Origin: Octopus sinensis
Taxonomy: Eukaryota
Length of the DNA: 64,000 nucleotides
Assembly (NCBI RefSeq): GCF_006345805.1
Contig: NC_043002.1
Location: 81,654,001-81,718,000 of the forward strand
Direction of reading: 5' to 3'
The position numbers and the translations under genes were made by a program. Position 1 is the stretch's first letter; each line of letters opens with the position of its first letter. This document shows, piece by piece, positions 1 to 12,120 of the stretch. The notes beneath the pieces are model-generated. The model saw nothing but the letters and a program-made list of their open reading frames with translations, ran no database searches and was not told the origin of the DNA.

Positions 1-1646
1 GTTTGTTTTTCTGATCTTTTTCTTTTACCCCTGTGGCTATTTGCCATTCTGTCGAACTTTCATCGTTAGATGAAAAGTCTGACGAATCAGCAGGGGGCAA
101 GGGTAAAGCGTCTGGGTGTGTTTGTGCGGTTGTAGATATTGTTGTGGTGCGCGGAGAGGGTGTTGCTGGGGGGGTTTGTTGTGGTATTGTCTCTCCTACA
201 TCCTTGGTGCTTGTCTTCTTCGTTGTTATTCTTGGTGTTGGAATTGGTTTATTTGTTGTTGGTGGTGATGATTCTGTTCTTGGCGCTGGTGTTGGTGTTG
301 TTTGGTTGGGTTGGCTTGTTCTTTGTTGTTTTTCCTGCATTTCCGCATACAGCTTCTTGACTAGCTGTCCATATTGTGGTGTGGGTGGGCAATAATCCTG
401 GCTTTTGTGATTTTTCCTGTGGCTGTTGTTGTTGTTGTAATTTTGCGGCAGATTTGCACTCCTTTTTGAGGTGTGCCTCACTGTCACATGTATAGCATCG
501 TGGCCTTCTGCCCTCGACTACTACGTATAACTGCGGCCATCCTCAAGATGTACGGGGGGGGATTTTATTTATGTCCTCTTGACTTATGTGGAAGAGGAAC
601 TCTATTCTCTTTCCCAGCCAGTCCTTGTTTTCCGAAACACCGATATCTAGGATGTTAAGTCCTCCATTTCGGATGTTAAGGCGGATGTAATCCACAGTGT
701 TGTAGTCACTTGGGGGACACCACTGATAATGACTTTCGTCACCTTCTGGCCGAGGTAACTCGGTGTCAACGTTAGTTCATCAGAATGAAGGGTTATCGTT
801 GAGAATCTTCGCCAACTCTTCATTCTGAAAAACCACCTGTACGTGTGCGAACTTGTTCGCCCAAGTCACACAATCCTGTATCCCCAGATGGGGCGTAAGC
901 ACTTTTCGACTTTGTCTGTGCTTGCCTTTTCTGGACTTTTTGTTTTTCTATTTGTGATTTTATATACAATTGTCTTTTTTTCTCCTCATTCAGTATGTGC
1001 TGAGGTATGTGTAAGAGTATTTTTTCCGTTTTGATTTGTAATAAGGTTTCTGCAATCTTTAATCTGTTGTGTAGTAAACGAAACTTTTGTTACCTTTTCT
1101 TTTATCGCCTCGGCGAAGTTTGTTGTTGTTTTGTTATTGTTGTTACTGCCGGTGGTGTTGGGTTGATGGCAGGTGTTGGGGTTGTAGGTTTGTGGTTGCT
1201 TATTATGCAACTAGCAAGGGGTGGAAAATTGCCTGCGTAATTTAGTCCTGCATTAGCGCAAATTTCGGCATTTCGTTTGCTTGTGTCGTTATTTTTTCAC
1301 TTGTTGGTGATGGAGTGAGCAGTGGTTGAAGGGAATTGTTGTTGTCGTCGTGTTGTTGTGTTGTTGTTGTTGTTGTTGTTATTGTCGTTCTTGGTGACGG
1401 CGGTGGTGTTAGTAGTATTAGTAGCATTGACGGCACGGTCTTGGTGGCGGTGATGGTGGTGTTGGTATTGTATTGGTGGCGATGTCTTTAGTAGGGATAG
1501 TAGTTTAGTAGTAGCAGATTCTGCCATGGTGTTGTTGTCGGTGTTGGTGGTGGACTCACTGATGGTGTTGACGGTGCTTGGCCTTGCGACCTTTGTTTTG
1601 TATGTGTTGCTGTTGTCAGGTTCAGCGTATGCTAACAGAGCATCCT

Positions 1647-1647
<1 letters not shown>
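1..1647 (-). mobile_element. Degenerate ORF1 (gag-like) and 5' end of a non-LTR retrotransposon, probably L1/Tx1-like
   Basis: Manual minus-strand translation gives WPQLYVVVEGRRPR-CYTCDSEAHLKKEC, a perfect CX2CX4HX4C zinc knuckle at 456-497. It is followed by a Q/T/P-rich tail and preceded by a broken frame starting near MAESATTKLL (ATG ~1528). Stops and frameshifts are present. The clade assignment is an inference. Confidence 0.6.
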
Positions 1648-1715
<68 letters not shown>

Positions 1716-1720
1716 GGATA
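1648..1720. repeat. (GATA)n microsatellite
   Basis: Direct reading. Similar arrays at ~2801-2862, 44333-44415, 44977-45050 and 47108-47204. Confidence 0.95.
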
Positions 1721-1939
1721 CATAGGTAGATAGGTAGACGTGTGAGTATGTAGTGCGTGCGTTTAATTGGCCCAAAAAACATGACCATCCCGAAATATAA
1801 CACTATATATGTATATATTTATACATATGTGTGTGTGTGTGTAAGTGTGTGTATATATATATATATATATATAATATATATATTATGTATAATGTGGTGT
1901 GTGTGCATGTGGTGTACACACACACACACACACACACAC

Positions 1940-1974
<35 letters not shown>

Positions 1975-2103
1975 CAACATCAACAATCAAGGAACGGCCA
2001 TAATAGGCCATTCACCCACTAGAGAAATAACAGCCAAAGCTTCAACCGCAAATAAAAGTCAATTCCGTAAACAGGAGAAAATTTAAAAAACATTTACCCT
2101 GTA

Positions 2104-2210
2104 ATTTCTTATACGATGCACCGTTTCGTCTGCTGTTTAATGGTAAACTAACCTGATTAAATTAAATCAAGCCAATCTTCCATAGGCCCTCAGATTCTTC
2201 AGTAAGAAAT
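2104..2210 (-). ncRNA. Type I hammerhead ribozyme (Penelope/pLTR-type, short stem III)
   Basis: Minus strand reads AUUUCUUA-CUGAAGA-A-UCUG...(long loop II)...CAGA-C-GAAA-CG-gugcau-CG-UA-UAAGAAAU. It has a perfect 8-bp stem I, intact CUGANGA and GAAA cores, a 2-bp stem III and a GUA cleavage triplet. The 10.1-11.1 pair is A.C rather than G-C. Confidence 0.75.
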
Positions 2211-2310
2211 AGCCACAAGTCGGAACAGATATTTTCACGAGGCATTTCCGACCCTGCCAAGTTAATATCTGACCTAAAATTTTCAAATCATCGCACTCGC
2301 GATGATTTGA

Positions 2311-2347
<37 letters not shown>

Positions 2348-2349
2348 CA

Positions 2350-2566
2350 AAGAAGAATACAGTGTACGTTCAAACACAAAAGAGATACCCGAAGAATAGG
2401 ATATCTGACGCGCTAGAAAGAGCAGTTAAAACTCCAAGCCACCAATTGTTGTAATTCCGAAAGTGAACAATTGGTGGCTTGGAGTTTTAACTGCTCTTTC
2501 TAGCGAGTCAGATATCCTATTCTTCGGGTATCTCTTTTGTGTTTGAACGTACACTGTATTCTTCTT
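2350..2566. repeat. Near-perfect 101-bp inverted repeat with a 15-nt loop
   Basis: 2350-2450 is the reverse complement of 2466-2566 with one mismatch (gacgcgcta versus gactcgcta). Confidence 0.95.
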
Positions 2567-2686
2567 GATAATATATAGTCTATTGACTAATTTTTTCTTT
2601 CTCGCTAGACCACTGGTAACGAAGAATTTTTCTATGAATATTCTTGCTACCCTAAGATTTTAATTAATATATATATATCAGCATCA

Positions 2687-2791
<105 letters not shown>

Positions 2792-2799
2792 ATATATTA

Positions 2800-2864
<65 letters not shown>

Positions 2865-2886
2865 CACATAAACACACACACACATA

Positions 2887-2986
2887 TTCTTATGCAAGAG
2901 TGTTGTTGAAAGTGACTTCGAAGTTTCGGCGAGCTAAACCATCGTCGGACTTCGAAATCACTGTCAACAACATGCTTGTATAAGAA
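2887..2986. repeat. ~100-nt imperfect hairpin (MITE-like or pre-miRNA-like)
   Basis: ttcttatgcaagagtgttgttgaaagtgacttcgaagtttcggcga / gctaaacca / tcgtcggacttcgaaatcactgtcaacaacatgcttgtataagaa. About 46 bp of stem with a few G.U pairs and mismatches. Confidence 0.85.
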
Positions 2987-3551
2987 AAATGATAAATTTG
3001 TACTCTGAAAATGTTTAGAGTAATGAATCAGAGTAATGCAAAATTGTTTTTATAACTGAGAATAAAACAAACATTAAGATATATATATATATCCGTATTG
3101 CTTATGAGTGTTAATTTCACAACTGCTAAACATTACGCTAAACACAGCATGAAAATTACAAAAAGGTAAAATGGAAAAGAAAAAAAAATATAAATCAATA
3201 TACTCGAATATATTTCGTGTTTGAAATATATACTCGGGTTATAATTGATTAATTTATGTTTACATGCTGTGTTTGGCGTGGTGGAAATGTTTAGCATTTG
3301 CTAAACTAGCAGCAATATGTAAATACGTTTAACCGTTTAGAAGAAAAGCAAGTTTGTTCGGGGTTTCTTTTCATGTAACTCGGCAGGGTGACGTGGATAG
3401 AAGAACGTAACGGCGCCCAAAGAACTAAGCACAAATGATCCGTTGACTGTGCCGTATTATCGACAAAATTATGTGTACGCGCGCCTCTGTGTGTGTGTAT
3501 GCGGGTAATGTATATATGTATGTATGTATGCGTGCATTTTCATCTTTTATA

Positions 3552-3862
3552 ATTTACTTGTTTCAGACATTGTACTACGGCCTTGCTGGGGCAATGCTTT
3601 AAAAGTTATTCGAAATAAACGAACCCAGTACTTATTAATTTGTAAGCCTGTTACTTATTCTATCGGGGTTACGTTACGGGTATGAAAACTAACCAACACC
3701 TAATGTCAAACGATTGGTAGGGGTACAAACACAAACACAAAGACATACATATATGCATGATTATGATGAGTTTCTTCAAGTCTCCGTCAACGAAATCTAC
3801 TCACAAGGTTTTGTGAGTAGAAACCTGGGGCTATAGTTGAAGACTCTTGCTCAGGTGCCACC
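3552..3862 (-). mobile_element. Degenerate tRNA-SINE, family A
   Basis: Recognisable decayed blocks of the family A consensus (tttacttgtttcag..., ctcacaaggtttt..., ctatagttgaagactcttgc). Confidence 0.7.
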
Positions 3863-4011
3863 GTTCATACGTAATTTAACTAGATTAGTAACACTGTTAC
3901 GTACAGAGATATTGCGCATTTCATGAGTTTGACAGTGTCATTATTATACAACTAATAAACATTCTCTGTTAATGAAACGTACGTAAGATGGGGTAATTAA
4001 CTACTTTATAA

Positions 4012-4680
4012 GCAATGTTTTGTGAAGAGAAGTTTAGAGGGGCCAAGAGGGAAGGAGAAAGAGTTGAAAAGACGAAGAGCATGGTTAGTGTCGTGGATGT
4101 GTGAAGGGAGGGAAGCCACTAGGGGGACAAGGACACGGTCAAGGTATTTTGAGATCAGTTCCTTGAGGCAGTTACAGGTGGAGACGATGGGGCGGCCAGG
4201 GCTGTTGGGCTTGTGGATTTGGGGAAGGAAGTAAGCGGTGGGGTGCAAGGAGTGTGGGCAATGAGGTTGGAGGCGGTAGGAGGAAGACGGATGGAGGAGA
4301 TGAGGTCATGGATAGTGGAGAACACCGTCTGTTGCTAGCTAGGCGTGGGATTAGAGGGTAGAGGACAAAAGAAGGAGGTGTTTTGAAGTTGGCGGAGAGC
4401 TTCAGGCTTGTAGAGGTCTGCGCGCCACACCACTACGGCTCCACCCTTGTCGGCCAGTTTTATAATATTGTCTTTGCGGTGTTGGAGACATCGAAAGACC
4501 GAGAGTTCGCCTGGGGAGATGTTCAAATGTCGACGCTTGCGAAAGTTGAACCGGTCCACAACACGTTGACAGATGCCCGCAAAATGATCGACTGCTTGGA
4601 ACTGGCCAGGAACTGGCGTCCAGTGGGATGGTCGGCGGCCCAGGTCGGTAAAGCAGTCCTCATCGTTAAATGAAAATAGT
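4012..4680 (-). pseudogene. Penelope-like element reverse transcriptase fragment
   Basis: Minus ORFs give ...IIKLADKGGAVVVWRADLYKPEALRQLQNTSFF... and YFLPQIHKPNSPGRPIVSTCNCLKELISKYLDRVLVPLVASLPSHIHDTNHAL...LLFT. These match the PLE RT motifs ADKG, Y.LPKIHK...PGRPIVS and DT. Frameshifted, and truncated before the catalytic D motifs. Confidence 0.9.
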
Positions 4681-4742
4681 GTTTGTGGAATAGTGCTTAT
4701 AGCCTGACACGGTGCACAAAGCTATGAATATCAGCACGGGTT

Positions 4743-4800
<58 letters not shown>

Positions 4801-5530
4801 CAGTAAAACCCGTCGTTGATCGGATAATTACTTTTACTGTTTATCGGGAGCCACATTGAAAGTATTATTATATGTATAATTCACTCCTCCTGTATGTGTA
4901 CATTTTTAGAAGAGAAAACCATGTAATGATTGAAGAAGAAAGGTCAATATCATACATGAACTTGTGTTTGTTTATGATATGACAATAATAAGAGAGTTAT
5001 ATGTGTTATTTGATTTATCTATATAGTAATGGCAATGATATAATATTTTTATAAGAGAAAAGCGTAATAACTGAAGAAGAAAAATATCATTTTTATACAT
5101 GAAGTTCTGTTTGTCGATTACATGATAATAATAAGTAACATGTATGTGTTATTTTATTTATCAATACAGGAATGACAATTATATAATACAGTTCATTGAA
5201 ATAGGTAATTTAGTCGTTCTAGAATGTAATGATAGTAATGGTAAATGAAGTTATTGAAGTATTCATGTTGCGTTAATAATGAATGTTTCCTTATGAACAA
5301 TATTTTGGGTTTATTTCGGGGTGCATAAGCCTTTACTACGAACAGTGAGAGTGCTTGGGTCAATGAAGTTAGTGCACAATTAATCTAGTACTATTTCATA
5401 ATTTTGGTTGACACAAAATATGTAATAGCATAATAAGAGTCCCTTTTTTTTTTCAACTGAAGACAACGAGAGGCTGTACCTGGTGGTTGTAATGGATAAA
5501 AGAATTCTATGGGATAGTTGACACTATCCT

Positions 5531-5763
5531 ATTTCTTTATTGCCCACAAGGGGCTAAACATAGAGGGGACAAACAAGGACAAACAAAGGGATTAAGTCGA
5601 TTACATCAACCCCAGTGCGTAACTGGTACTTAATTTATCGACCCCGAAATGATGAAAGGCAAAGTCGACCTCGGCGGAATTTGAACTCAGAACGTAACTG
5701 CAGACGAAATACCGCTAAGCATTTCGCCCGGCGCGCTGACGTTTCTGCCAGCTCGCCGCCTTT
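5531..5763 (-). mobile_element. SINE family B (head ggcggcgagctggcagaa, tail aataaagaaatag) with 16-bp TSD
   Basis: TSD TAGTTGACACTATCCT at 5515-5530 and 5764-5779. The paralogous empty site is at ~6762-6780. Confidence 0.95.
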
Positions 5764-6535
5764 TAGTTGACACTATCCTGATCATCAACAGCACTATCAA
5801 TTGAGTTATAAGTGAAGACTTCTGAAAGTTTTTTCAATAGCATATTAATGGTATGTTGAGATACATTTCGGAGTGCCAGGATAGCTCTGTCACCGATGTA
5901 ATCTATATTGTAGTTATGAAGAAGATTAGGAAAGATTTCATACCTCAAATCATCGACGGAATCAGTTGAATTATATATTGCATTCAGTGTAAGAAACTGT
6001 TCTTCATCAATTGGAACTCTCCCTTCACCGAGTTTCAAAAGCTGCTCTGCAAATAGTTCAGCAGACTGATCACTTGAAAGCGTCGATCTCATATAATAAT
6101 TAAAGTAGAAAAGAGATGAACTTCATACATGAACTTCTGTTGGTTTATTACATGACAATAGTGAGTTTTATTTTTTTATCATATTTATCGATACAGTAAT
6201 GGCAAATATATAGTACAGTTCGTTGAAAGAGGTTGATTAGTCATTCTTGAATGTAACGATAGTAATGGGAAATGAAGGTATTGAAGTATTCATGTTGATT
6301 TAAGAGTGAACATTTCTTCATAAACAATGTGTTTGTTTTATTTCGGAATGCATAAGCAAAAAGATTTACATTTGCTCCCACATGTGATGCTCCTACATAA
6401 AGTTAGCCATGTGAAAAGCATGGTTCTTGAAGTTACAATCCAGTAACTTTTAGTCTTTGGCTCTGACTTTTGTTAATGTTGATGGCAAAAGAAACTCGGA
6501 TAGGAAACTGTAACCGTTTAAATTGGAATAGGACA

Positions 6536-7600
6536 TTAGATGGTATAACTGGTATGCGAGGCGGTCACCCCTTTATTACAACCAGAAAGAATATTTGCCA
6601 CAACGGAGTTCCTCATAAGTCTCTGCACAATTAATCTTGTACCATTGCATAATTTTGGTTGAGACAAATTACGCAATAACATAACAGGAGTCCCTTTATT
6701 CAACTGAAGACAATGAGGAGCTGTACCTGATGGTTCTAGTGAGTTCAAAAATTCGACGAGCTAGTTAATACTCTCCTGATCATCAACAATACAATGTTAA
6801 TTGAGTTATAAGTGAATATTTCTTCCGGAAGCTTATTCAACAGTATATTATTAATACTATGTATTGCAACATTTTTTGGAGCCAGGATAGCTGGCTCACA
6901 GATCCAATCTGTATTGTTGTAATTACGAAAAAGATTAGGAAAGATTTCATCCACCAAATCATCAACGGAATGAGTTGAAAACTACATATTAGATTAAGTG
7001 TAAGAAACTGTTCTTCATCAATTAGAAGCCTCTCTACACCGAGTTTCAAAAGCTACTCTGCAAATAGCACAGCTGATTGATGTCTGAAAGGCCTCAATCT
7101 CATATTTGTCGAAAGTTGAAGTGTTTTCACATGATGCCATAATACAGAAAGCTTTATTGAAGCATTGAGCTCATCCACTTTTGTTCCTCTTGGAACAACA
7201 GATGGTGTTTGACGGAAGTCTCCTAACAGTAATACTGTGACATTTCCCATCATGGAATTGCAATTTCTAATGTCCCGTAATGTTCTGTCAACAGCTCCGA
7301 AAGCTTTTTTGTAGGCCATAATACATTCGTTCCAGACAATTAAATGACATCTTTTTATTAGTTCACCCATTGCAGACCTTTTAGTTATATTACAAACCAG
7401 ATCTTGTTTGTTAGATAAATCTGAAGGTAACTTGAAAGTTGAATGAGCAATCCGACCTCCGGATAGTAATGTTGCTGCAATCCCAGAAGTAGCATAGCTA
7501 GAGCTATTTTATTTTCTTGACAAACTTTAGCTGGGAGGAGTTTAATTACAAATGTTTTCCCAGAATCTCCTGGAGCATCTAAGAAATAAAGTCCTCCTGT
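6536..7600 (-). pseudogene. PIF1-family helicase pseudogene of a Helitron
   Basis: Walker A FLDAPGDSGKTF (~7555-7590), ATSGIAATLLSGGRIAHSTFKLP, LIVWNECIM, LLLGDFRQ, LSTNMR and [26 protein letters not shown]. Multiple frameshifts. Confidence 0.92.
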
Positions 7601-8664
7601 GTTATTGATAATACTTTTTTATGACAGTAGAATATGCATGACATTCATCACGTAGAAGCTAGGGAAGATTATCATTTATGTACATGGTCAGTTAATCCTT
7701 ATCATAGGAAATTTCTCTCATTAAAAAACTGAAACATGTATATACATGTGTGTATGTTCTTTTAGCGAGGGAATGAGAGAGAAAGAGAGAGAGAGAGAGA
7801 GACAAAGAAAGAAAGGAGAAGAAAAAGAGAGAAGGAGAGAAAGGAAGAGAGAGAAAGAAAGAGAGGGAAAATAGACAGATAGAGATGAAAGAAAATCATA
7901 GAGAGGTGTCTGGTTTTAGTTTCACTTTGTGGGACAAACAAACAGAATCTCTCTTTTATATATATAGAAGATATATATATGCATATATATATTATATATA
8001 TATATATATTTGTTTGCGTGTGTGTGCGTGCATGTATGTGTGCATTTCCGACAGCGTATATCTGAGTATGTAGTTATCATAATCACTACACCTAAGAACA
8101 CACACACACACACATATATGTATATGTGTGTGTGTAGGTATATTGAAGGCCACTCTTTTAACAAGAGATGTTGGCAGACAGAGAGATCTTTAATATTCAG
8201 CGGTTCATTCGTAATCAAGTTTTGCAAGACTTCAACTTGTGTGGAAATGCCATTTTCAAACAGTGCTCGCTCTCTTGCTGTTTCCCACCCACATCTCTCT
8301 CTCTATTTCTCTCTCTCCCCCTCTCTCTCTCTCCTCTCTCTCTCCCTCTCTCTCTCTCTGCACACATATTTGGGTGCGTGCGTGTGTGTGTATACACACA
8401 CAAACATATATAATTCATGTATGCATAAACATTTATATGGTTCTGTGGCTGTGTATGTATAGGCATGTGTCGTTTATGCATGGAATCACTGTACATAAAA
8501 ATTTACATAAATATATCCATACATGCACACACACACATACACATATATATACACATATATACACACACACACATGCATACGTATATGTGTGTGTATGTTT
8601 GTCTGCGTGTGTATATTTGTATTACTATGTGAATATGTGTGTATATATATATGTGTATATATAT

Positions 8665-8728
<64 letters not shown>

Positions 8729-8780
8729 TATATACATATATATATACATACATATATATATATATGTATGTATGCATATG

Positions 8781-8816
<36 letters not shown>

Positions 8817-9072
8817 TGTATGCATGCATGTATGTATTGTATATATGTATATATAATTATAACAGTCTACATTTTCGCATTAATCCCTATACATATTAGC
8901 GCGCGCGTGTGTATGTGCGTGTATACAGAGAGAGAAAGACAATCTCGCGGGAGGGCGTATGCATATGTTTTTGAGTGCATGTGTACCTGCGTATGTAATT
9001 GTGCGTTGCATATATCTGTGGTTCCTTAAAAGAAGGCAAGGTAAGATGACAACAACAATAACTACAACAACG

Positions 9073-9103
<31 letters not shown>

Positions 9104-9553
9104 CGACAACAACGACAACAATAACAACAACAACCAACGTGATTATGTTTGGCCTCAATCGATGAATATTTAGCCTAAGTTCTTAAGGTCTAAAATTGAA
9201 AAGAGCATCTCCGGAGATGGAAAAAAATTTGGAAGAAGCCATAGTACATAGGAATGCTGTATAAGGATGTTGCTGTGATGGGGGGATTCCAGGGAAAGTT
9301 GGATGCCGAAGATAAGACATCATACTATGATGCCGTGTGACACATCCATTCTCATCTCGACGCTATTAATTAATCACAACGAAGTACGAACTCTATCAAG
9401 TTTTGCTAGATTTTAATCCATTCACGCAAGAAATATTTAAAATACCGTGCTTTTGAACGTATGTATAAATACTCCACACACAAACACACGCACCCGCACA
9501 CACAAGGAGACGATTCGTGTACGTGCGCGGGGGGGGCGGGGGTGAGAGAGAAG

Positions 9554-9588
<35 letters not shown>

Positions 9589-10101
9589 AGCACTTGGGGT
9601 TCTGAAGTGCGATAGACGGAGAAAGTGATAGATGTATGCACGTATACGCTTACCCATGTGTGTGTGTGTGTGTGTGTGTATGTGTGTACTGTGCGCACGT
9701 GTGTGTGTGTGTGTATGTGTGTGTAAGTGTGTTGTGTGTATGTAAGTGTATTCTGAACCAATTCATATATGTATAATTATATAAGTTAATCCAAACAAGA
9801 AAGCACAAAAAAACACAAACAACGCGAGGACGTGGAACAAATATAGTATTATTGGACGCTCAGGAAAGAAGGGAAGAAGGATATAAATATATGTATATAT
9901 ATATATATCTATATATACATATGTTGTTGTTTTGTGTGTGTGTAAATATATACATAGCTTTTACTGTGTATTTGTGCGTGAGGTGTGTATATATGACATA
10001 TGTACATGTACATTATTGGTGTGTGTGTGTGTGTTTGTGCGTGTGATGTATGTTATATACTCACATATATGTTGTGCGTGTGTGTGTGTGTGTGGTGTGT
10101 G

Positions 10102-10133
<32 letters not shown>

Positions 10134-10290
10134 GTATATACATAGCTTTTACTGTGTATTGGGCGTGAGTGTGTGTATATATGTACATATGTACATAGAT
10201 ACATGTTTTGTGTGTGTGTGTGTGTGTGTTTGTGCGTGTATGTATGTATATACTCACACCTCTATATGTGTGTGCGTGACGTGTGTGTGT

Positions 10291-10325
<35 letters not shown>

Positions 10326-10427
10326 ATGTGTGTGAGTTTTGGTGAGTTATGCTCTTTTCTTTTGGTCTTGTAGTTTCTATTCCGTTGACAGTATTCCTTA
10401 TTCTGCACAGTTTGTGTGGAAGTTGAA

Positions 10428-10484
<57 letters not shown>

Positions 10485-11020
10485 ACACACATACACACAC
10501 ACACACAACACGCAGACAGCGCGCCTGCACGCACACAAACATTACAATATCTATACGCGTTTATAATAACCTTGAAATGTTATTTCGATGTGTATTTCAT
10601 CTTACTCATTACGTAACATCTCTTACATAATTTATAATCTTTCCTGTAAAATCATTTCCAAGTCAGATGACCATGACCGGAGAGGTGTTAGTTCATTTTC
10701 TTATTTTCCGTATATTTTTGATTGCATTTGGTTTAACCAACAATATTTACGAACTTTCTCCTGATGTCTGGTAATAGAATCGTTTTGGCTTCGCCTGTGT
10801 GTTGCTGCTAGAAACATACATATTTTGGGTTGATACGCAAAATGTCTGTCACCTATCCGAATTTTAATATCGATAACGAAGTTAGATTCTTGGCGAGGTA
10901 ATTGTATTTTAAGTATGATATATGTTATGTATACACACGGGCGGGCGGGCGGGCGCACACTCACACACACACACACACACATATATTTTTACATGTATAT
11001 ATATTTTTACATATATATAT

Positions 11021-11067
<47 letters not shown>

Positions 11068-11069
<2 letters not shown>

Positions 11070-11265
11070 AGGCGCAATGGCCCAGTGGTTAGGGCAATGG
11101 ACTCGCGGTCGTAGGATCGCGGTTTCGATTCCCAGACCGGGTGTTGTGAGTGTTTATTGAGCGAAAACACGTAAAACTCCACAAGCTCCGGCTTCGTATT
11201 GTTTTAGCCTTCAAATGACGCCACTCCGCTGGCTAAGCGAGCAGGCCTACAGAAGAAAGTGTGAG
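11068..11265. mobile_element. Rearranged SINE family C copy: sense head joined to an inverted 3' segment
   Basis: 11068-11190 is the tRNA head in + orientation. 11190-11265 is antisense body/tail sequence, as found at 41848-41925. Confidence 0.8.
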
Positions 11266-11369
11266 AGATAAATTACATATATAAACATCAGTAGCACTGT
11301 CCTGCATAGAATGCCACATGATAAAATATATATGATAAAATTATTATTATAAAATAATAATAATGAAGT

Positions 11370-11418
<49 letters not shown>

Positions 11419-11919
11419 ATCAGTGGCTACCCTGCATTAAAACCGTAGAGATAAAAATGAATACAAGTCTACATTTATGTATAATATATAATTAGAATGA
11501 AAGGTACAGGAAAAAGTACCAGCATGCTAGAAATAGAAGTCAAAACTACTCTAAACCACCTAAATCACTCATATGCACTGGTGACAGCGAGGAAAATGTG
11601 TGAATGCATGTATATGTATCTATATATATATATGTGTGTGTGTGTGTATGTGTATTCAGATATACTTATTTGCGGTAAATCTCACTGACGAGGGCTAAGC
11701 AGGGCCTGAAATCGATCGATGCGGGGTCCTCTGTTTAGTGCTTGCGATTTCTTTTTTCACAAAAAATACGCTATTCTCATATTTTCCTCATTTCCTCGCT
11801 TTCACCAGCGCATATGAGTGATATAGTTGGTTTAGATTCATTCTGACTTCTATTTCTAGCATGCTGGTACTTTTCACAAAATCCTTCATTATAATTATAT
11901 ATTATGGTGGTGGTGGTGG

Positions 11920-12120
11920 GACAGAAACACAGTCACAAAGACACGCACATATATCTATATATATACGACGTGCTTCTTTCGGTTTCCGTCAACCAAATCC
12001 ACTCAAAAGGCTTTGGTCGGCTCGAGGCTATAGTAGAAGACACGTGACCAACGTGCCACGAAGTGGGACTGAACCTGGAAACATGTGGTCGGGAAGTTAA
12101 CTTCTCACCACATAACCACC
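11920..12120 (-). mobile_element. SINE family A, partial
   Basis: cttctttcggtttccgtcaaccaaatccactc...gggactgaacctggaaacatgtgg matches the family A head on the minus strand. Confidence 0.85.

Larger units (their letters stand above)
4797..7690 (-). mobile_element. Helitron remnant (PIF1 helicase half plus 3' region), internally tandem-duplicated
   Basis: Contains helicase motifs (next feature). A putative decayed 3' terminus ccgatcaacgacgggttttactgcta lies at ~4797-4825. The segment ~6100-7080 is repeated at ~5085-6095. Confidence 0.85.
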
